Below are positions 59,161 through 64,000 of a DNA stretch of 64,000 nt, piece after piece; the first letter of the stretch is position 1; the number at the start of each line of letters is the position of its first letter. Under the pieces are notes generated by a model, which was given only the letters and a program-made list of their open reading frames with translations, did not search any database and was not told the origin of the DNA. A program made the translations under genes and the position numbers. The DNA is from an uncultured archaeon (GTDB lineage: Archaea; Nanobdellota; Nanobdellia; Pacearchaeales; GW2011-AR1), in contig CAIKWG010000005.1 of the NCBI GenBank assembly GCA_903831045.1, positions 7,743-71,742 of the forward strand, written 5' to 3'.

Positions 59161-60201
59161 CTAAAACCATTTGTTCAAACCAGTCTGAGAATTCTTTTTT
59201 GCTAATTCTTTCAATCTCTCCAACTGCTTATCCACTCTTTCTTCCGAAAAATTATGTTTTTCTACTAAAATTTCTTTTATTTTATCCTTATCTGTTTTAG
59301 GAAAAACAAACTCAAAGTCCTTTGATTCCGGATTTTTAAATAATTCAAAAATTTCCTTCCAATCAAATTTATCTTCTTCAGGAAGTTCTTCAATTTTTTC
59401 CCTGACTGATTCAAAAATTGCTTCAGGAGTTTCAAATTTACGCACCAAATCAAGAGCTTTTTTCTGACCAATCCTAGGAACGCCCTTAGGATTATAATCT
59501 GTTCCAACCAGAATTCCTAAACAAATTAGTTTATCCAAACTAATTCCCCATGTAGTTAATAATAAGTCTAATTCTATTATTTCTGGTTTAACTTCTACAA
59601 ATCCTCGCATGGTTTTCTTTCTACGAGAGACAGTCAAATTTCTAATTAATTTAGGAGCTCCAAAAAGTAAACTATCATAATCCTGACTTACACAGGCATA
59701 AACATTTTTATTTTTTTTAGCAAGATAAGCAGATTCAGCTTCACCTTCAGAAGGAGCTTGCACAACAGCAATTCCCATTGCTTCAAGTAATTCCTTACTT
59801 TCCCTGATCATAGTATCATCCAGTCTTAACAATTGAGAACTATATTTTTTCATCATAACATCATCTTCAGCGGCTTCAGCTTTGTGATATTTTTCTTCAG
59901 CCAAATCACGAGCCTCTTTCCTCTTTTTATGAGTTTTAGCCTTCAAATCAGGAGCCTTGCCATCAAAAACATAAACCAATTTAATTCCTTCAGAAAGCAA
60001 AGCAATATTTCTATAGAAAATTCCAGAAAGATGACTAGTTATTTTTTTTGAATCATCCATTAGAGGAGTTCCATCCGGCTGTCTAATTGTACTAAGAAAT
60101 TGATAGAGTGTGTTAAATGCATCAACACAAAGAGTTTGACCTTTTAATTCGGAAATATTAAGTTCACGTCTGTCAACAATCTCACGTATGTTAAGTCCCA
60201 T
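59161..60201 (-). CDS. fen: Flap endonuclease 1
   Basis: DAFNTLYQFL, EGEA, SQDYD and GTDYN motifs; C-terminal PIP box QTGLNKWF. Confidence 0.97.
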   Translation of the reverse strand: MGLNIREIVDRRELNISELKGQTLCVDAFNTLYQFLSTIRQPDGTPLMDDSKKITSHLSGIFYRNIALLSEGIKLVYVFDGKAPDLKAKTHKKRKEARDLAEEKYHKAEAAEDDVMMKKYSSQLLRLDDTMIRESKELLEAMGIAVVQAPSEGEAESAYLAKKNKNVYACVSQDYDSLLFGAPKLIRNLTVSRRKKTMRGFVEVKPEIIELDLLLTTWGISLDKLICLGILVGTDYNPKGVPRIGQKKALDLVRKFETPEAIFESVREKIEELPEEDKFDWKEIFELFKNPESKDFEFVFPKTDKDKIKEILVEKHNFSEERVDKQLERLKELAKKNSQTGLNKWF

Positions 60202-60231
60202 AAATAATCAAGAAAAAAACAAGTTAAATAA

Positions 60232-60774
60232 TTATCTCTTCTGCAATCTTTGTTTAACTTCCTGAGCATGTTCATATCTTCTAATTGCGAATCCTCTAAC
60301 AGAATCTGGATTTAGATAACCTATATCTTGAGTATATCCTATTCTTACTTTAGTTCCATTGGGACCTTTGTCATCTTTTTTTCCTGCCCATAGATTTTGA
60401 TAACCCATGGCTTCAATTGCAACTTTAATAGAAGCAAGGTCTCCTTGATAGGGATCAATTCCTCTACGTTCAAGCATGTTAGAAAATTCTAAATCAACCG
60501 AATCTGATTTTGTTAGTTTATGATCTTTAACCCATTTTTCTAAACTAGTTTTGGGGTCCTTAACTCTATTAATAATAGATAGTAAAATATTTTTTTCTTT
60601 AGGATTTGAATGTTTATCCTTTTCATAAGCCAAATATTCATTAGCCAAATCAGTTTTTTCCATTTTAGAAAAAACTTCAAAAAATTCATTTAGACTTGCT
60701 TCTTCCTGAACATCATAAATAACTTTTCCTCCAGAAAATTCCGGATGCGCTTGTTCATATTCCCATTGATTCAT
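60232..60774 (-). CDS. Hypothetical protein
   Basis: 180-aa ORF with ATGA overlap to the kinase gene. Confidence 0.65.
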   Translation of the reverse strand: MNQWEYEQAHPEFSGGKVIYDVQEEASLNEFFEVFSKMEKTDLANEYLAYEKDKHSNPKEKNILLSIINRVKDPKTSLEKWVKDHKLTKSDSVDLEFSNMLERRGIDPYQGDLASIKVAIEAMGYQNLWAGKKDDKGPNGTKVRIGYTQDIGYLNPDSVRGFAIRRYEHAQEVKQRLQKR

Positions 60775-61508
60775 TTTCTATCTCCTGGATATTTGATTTC
60801 TTTAAAATCAACTCCATCAATTTTCCAATCAGAACAATCTATTAAATAGGTTTGCTTTTTTCTTAAATCAGCAATCATATTGCAGGTTCCGAAATCAACA
60901 TTATGAATTCCGAGAGTTCTTGCTTTTTCACTTTCTGATTTTCCTAATTCAAGATGAAAATTATATCTTTCGTCCTCATCCCTAGATGTTGAAGGAAATT
61001 CGTCTAATGCAAAACCATCAATTTTCTTCATAACCAAAGCTGGGCAGAATTTCCCATCTTCTTTTTTAATTTTAAAAATTCCTTCTACTTTTGGAACCTT
61101 AACTCCTCTTCTATGAGCCAATTCTTGTCTAACTCCTTCTTCTAGAATACGAGAATAATTCACCTTTGGACCAGTTCGATTAGCATACAATACTTTTCCT
61201 ACATTAGTATTTCCAAGACTATAGATTGTACCTTCCCCTCCAGCATTTAGATAATCTTTCGAAGATATTTCATAATCTACTTCCTCTACTTCATCAATTG
61301 TCAATGGCATTTCTTCCAGAATTTGCTGATATAGTATTCTATTAATAACTTCATTTGGAACTGCAAGTTCATTTTGAAATTTTCTCTTTTTGATTAGGTT
61401 ATTTAATACAGCTATTTCTAGCTCTGAATCAAACCCTGTTTCAGCAATAATCTTAGCCTGAATTGTTGGATACATCTTTATTCTTGACATTTTAATCTTC
61501 CTCTCCAT
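60771..61508 (-). CDS. Protein-kinase-like (RIO/Bud32/Kdo-like) protein
   Basis: Gly loop AGGEGTIY, VGK, GVKVP, LVMKKIDG, HNVD...N and LID. Confidence 0.72.
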   Translation of the reverse strand: MERKIKMSRIKMYPTIQAKIIAETGFDSELEIAVLNNLIKKRKFQNELAVPNEVINRILYQQILEEMPLTIDEVEEVDYEISSKDYLNAGGEGTIYSLGNTNVGKVLYANRTGPKVNYSRILEEGVRQELAHRRGVKVPKVEGIFKIKKEDGKFCPALVMKKIDGFALDEFPSTSRDEDERYNFHLELGKSESEKARTLGIHNVDFGTCNMIADLRKKQTYLIDCSDWKIDGVDFKEIKYPGDRK

Positions 61509-62175
61509 TTTTAATTTCTAAAGCAATCTCCAATCCCTTAAAATGCCAGTCATCACAGTCAATCAGATATGTTTCTTGTTTTTTTGCACTAGCCATAAAA
61601 TTTACATCGTAGCTATTAAGAGGGAAAACTCCTCGTTTAGTGGCTTTAGCTTTTTCTAATTCTCCAAGTTTAGAGAATATTTCATAACGAGCTGTTCCAG
61701 GATTGCCAATGTCAGAAACTCTTTTACCATCAATTTTTTGCATAACCAAAGTAGGCCAGAATTGTCCATCCTCTTTTCTTTTAATTTTAAAAATTCCTTC
61801 TACTTTTGGAACCTTAACTCCTCTTCTATGAGCTAACTCTTGACTAATTGCTTCTGCTAAAAGATTAGAATAAAAGTGTTTTGAATTAGGATTTTGAGAA
61901 CGTAAAATCTTTCCTACAGTTTTTTCTCCAAGAGAATAAACTACTCCTCCACCACCACCATTAAGATAATCATTATAATCAATTTCATAATTTAATTTTG
62001 GAACTTCTTCAACAGTCAAAGGCATTTCTTCTAGAATTTGTTGATAAATGCATCTATTAAGAACATCGTTAGGCACAGAAAGTTTATCATAGAGACTTCC
62101 GACATCGAGCACATTGTCTAAAGAAACTGGCTCCAATGCCTCTTGCATTCTGTCCGAAAGTTCTCTTTTTGTCAT
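61492..62175 (-). CDS. Protein-kinase-like paralog, probable pseudokinase
   Basis: GGGGGVVY, VGK and GVKVP present; the catalytic loop reads FPLN instead of HxxD. Confidence 0.68.
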   Translation of the reverse strand: MTKRELSDRMQEALEPVSLDNVLDVGSLYDKLSVPNDVLNRCIYQQILEEMPLTVEEVPKLNYEIDYNDYLNGGGGGVVYSLGEKTVGKILRSQNPNSKHFYSNLLAEAISQELAHRRGVKVPKVEGIFKIKRKEDGQFWPTLVMQKIDGKRVSDIGNPGTARYEIFSKLGELEKAKATKRGVFPLNSYDVNFMASAKKQETYLIDCDDWHFKGLEIALEIKNGEED

Positions 62176-62270
62176 ATTTTAACTACTCTCTAGTGATATA
62201 TAAATCTTTCGATAGGGCCAAAAAGAGTCAAAAACCCTAATTTTAAATAACTGAAAAACCTCTTTTTTAT

Positions 62271-64000
62271 ATGAAATTTCAGTTTATTCCCATAGATTAT
62301 GACCCCTTTGACTATGAGGATAAAAATTATATTAAGATATTTGGAAGAAATGAGCATGGCAAAAAGCTATGCATTATAGACAGTTGCAAAAACTATCTCT
62401 GGGCAATTTTAAGACCAAACCTTTCAGCTAAAGAAATCGCTTCTCTCACAGAAAAAATTCAGAAAATTGAAGTTTCCATTTCAAATAGAAAAACAATAAT
62501 AGATAAAGTTGAATTAAAAGAGAAAAACTTTTTGGGAAAAAAAGTAAAAGCTCTAAAAATATATGCAACAAATCATAAGGATCTGCAAGAAATAGCCAAT
62601 CATCTAGACTTTCCAGAAATAGACAAAAGAAGGGGCTATGATATTAATTACATCACACATTACCTTCTTGAAAAAAAATTAAATCCTCTGAACTGGTATG
62701 AAATTGAAGGAGACATTCTTTCAGAATCAGATTTTGGAGGAATCTCTCAAATAATTGAGTCAGATTTTATAATTAATTTAAAATCTTTCAAAAAATTAGA
62801 TAGAAAAGAGTTCAAACCAAAAGCATTGGCCTTTGACATCGAGACAGATGAACTGAAAATTGGCCAAGGAGAAATTGTAATGATGTCTCTGGTAGGCGAG
62901 AATTTTAGAAAAGTAATAACCTGGAAAAAATCAAAATCTAAAAACAAAGATGTAGAATTCGTAAAAGATGAAGAAGAAATGTTAGAAAAGTTTGCCGAAC
63001 ATCTAAGAAATTATTCTCCAGATTTTCTAATTGGATATAATTCTGATAATTTTGATATGCCTTATATTAAAGCCCGTGCAGATAAACTAAAAATAAAACT
63101 AAATCTTGGATTGGATGATTCAAAGATGAGATTATCTAGAGGCGTGAATCTTTCCGCAAAAATTACTGGAATCACTCATATTGATTTAATAAAATTCATA
63201 AGAACAACCTATTCTCAGTATATGCAATCTGAAACACTTTCGCTAAATGAAGTTGCAAAAGAATTTTTAAAAGATACAAAAAAAGATTTCAAGTTTAAAC
63301 ATTCTTCCAAAATTCTAGAAGATGAATGGGAGAGATATTATGAATATAATCTGCATGATTCTATTCTCGCACTAGGATTGTTTGATAAATTTTGGCCAGA
63401 TTTATTAGAATTTTCTCTAGTAATACAAGAACCCATTTTTGAAATTTCAAGAAATGGATTATCTAAACAAATTGAATCCTACATTTTGCACAATTTGGAC
63501 AAGTATGATGAAATTCCAGAGAAGAAACCAAATAATCCAGAAATATCCTCAAGAATGGAACAAAATAGTGTCCAAGGGGCTTTTGTATACGAACCTAAGC
63601 CAGGATTATATGAAAATTTATCTATGTTTGATTTTACATCCATGCATACAAGTATTATTATAACTCATAATATCTCAAAAGGAACTCTACAAGAAAATTC
63701 CAAAAATGCATTTGTTTCTCCAGAAATAGATTTCAATGGGAAAAAAACAAAATTCTATTTTTCAAAAACTCCTGGCTTCTTTCCACTAATGCTTAAGGAT
63801 ATTTTTGAAAAAAGAAAAAAATACAAAGAGGAATATAAAAAAAATCCAGATAAAATAACTAAAGCAAGAAGTAATGCATTCAAACTTCTTTCAGCATCGG
63901 CACACGGATATATAGGATTTTTTGGAGCTAGATATTATTCTCTGGAAGCATCATCTTCAATTCTTGCATTTGTAAGAAAATATAACATTGAAACAATTGA
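62271..64000 (+). CDS. polB: Family B DNA polymerase (3' end outside window), divergent motifs
   Basis: FDIET, YNSDNFD, YNLHD, DFTSMHTSII and KLLSASAHGY motifs; TTTAAATA at 62242. Confidence 0.92.
   Translation, partial: MKFQFIPIDYDPFDYEDKNYIKIFGRNEHGKKLCIIDSCKNYLWAILRPNLSAKEIASLTEKIQKIEVSISNRKTIIDKVELKEKNFLGKKVKALKIYATNHKDLQEIANHLDFPEIDKRRGYDINYITHYLLEKKLNPLNWYEIEGDILSESDFGGISQIIESDFIINLKSFKKLDRKEFKPKALAFDIETDELKIGQGEIVMMSLVGENFRKVITWKKSKSKNKDVEFVKDEEEMLEKFAEHLRNYSPDFLIGYNSDNFDMPYIKARADKLKIKLNLGLDDSKMRLSRGVNLSAKITGITHIDLIKFIRTTYSQYMQSETLSLNEVAKEFLKDTKKDFKFKHSSKILEDEWERYYEYNLHDSILALGLFDKFWPDLLEFSLVIQEPIFEISRNGLSKQIESYILHNLDKYDEIPEKKPNNPEISSRMEQNSVQGAFVYEPKPGLYENLSMFDFTSMHTSIIITHNISKGTLQENSKNAFVSPEIDFNGKKTKFYFSKTPGFFPLMLKDIFEKRKKYKEEYKKNPDKITKARSNAFKLLSASAHGYIGFFGARYYSLEASSSILAFVRKYNIETI

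Overview
AT-rich archaeal chromosome segment, most consistent with a DPANN (Pacearchaeota/Woesearchaeota-like) genome. The lineage is inferred from gene content and from leaderless TATA promoters. Housekeeping genes include TrpRS, ThrRS, GlyRS, Elp3, a Trm9-like and a Trm5-like MTase, a ThiI-like protein, a YlqF GTPase, eL41/eS32, RFC small and large subunits, FEN1, Nth, a HerA-like ATPase with a mini-intein and a partial PolB. There are two tRNAs, Glu-CUC with a 116-nt BHB intron and Gln-CUG. Accessory content comprises three stand-alone receiver proteins, an ApbE/ferric-reductase/TGAS-peptide module, a diadenylate cyclase, a 12-kb surface-protein cluster, tandem paralog families and several pseudogenes. 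Three observations stand out. (1) A free-standing LAGLIDADG endonuclease lies between two versions of the last 25 codons of nth, suggesting a homing element that replaces its target's 3' end. (2) The tRNA-Glu intron begins with a sequence complementary to the conserved 16S rRNA 3' end and carries an ORF whose stop codon would be created by intron circularisation. The tRNA's 5' and 3' ends are also duplicated in the flanks. (3) The PolB has substitutions at its steric-gate and finger motifs. All assignments come from reading motifs by eye; no database searches were run.
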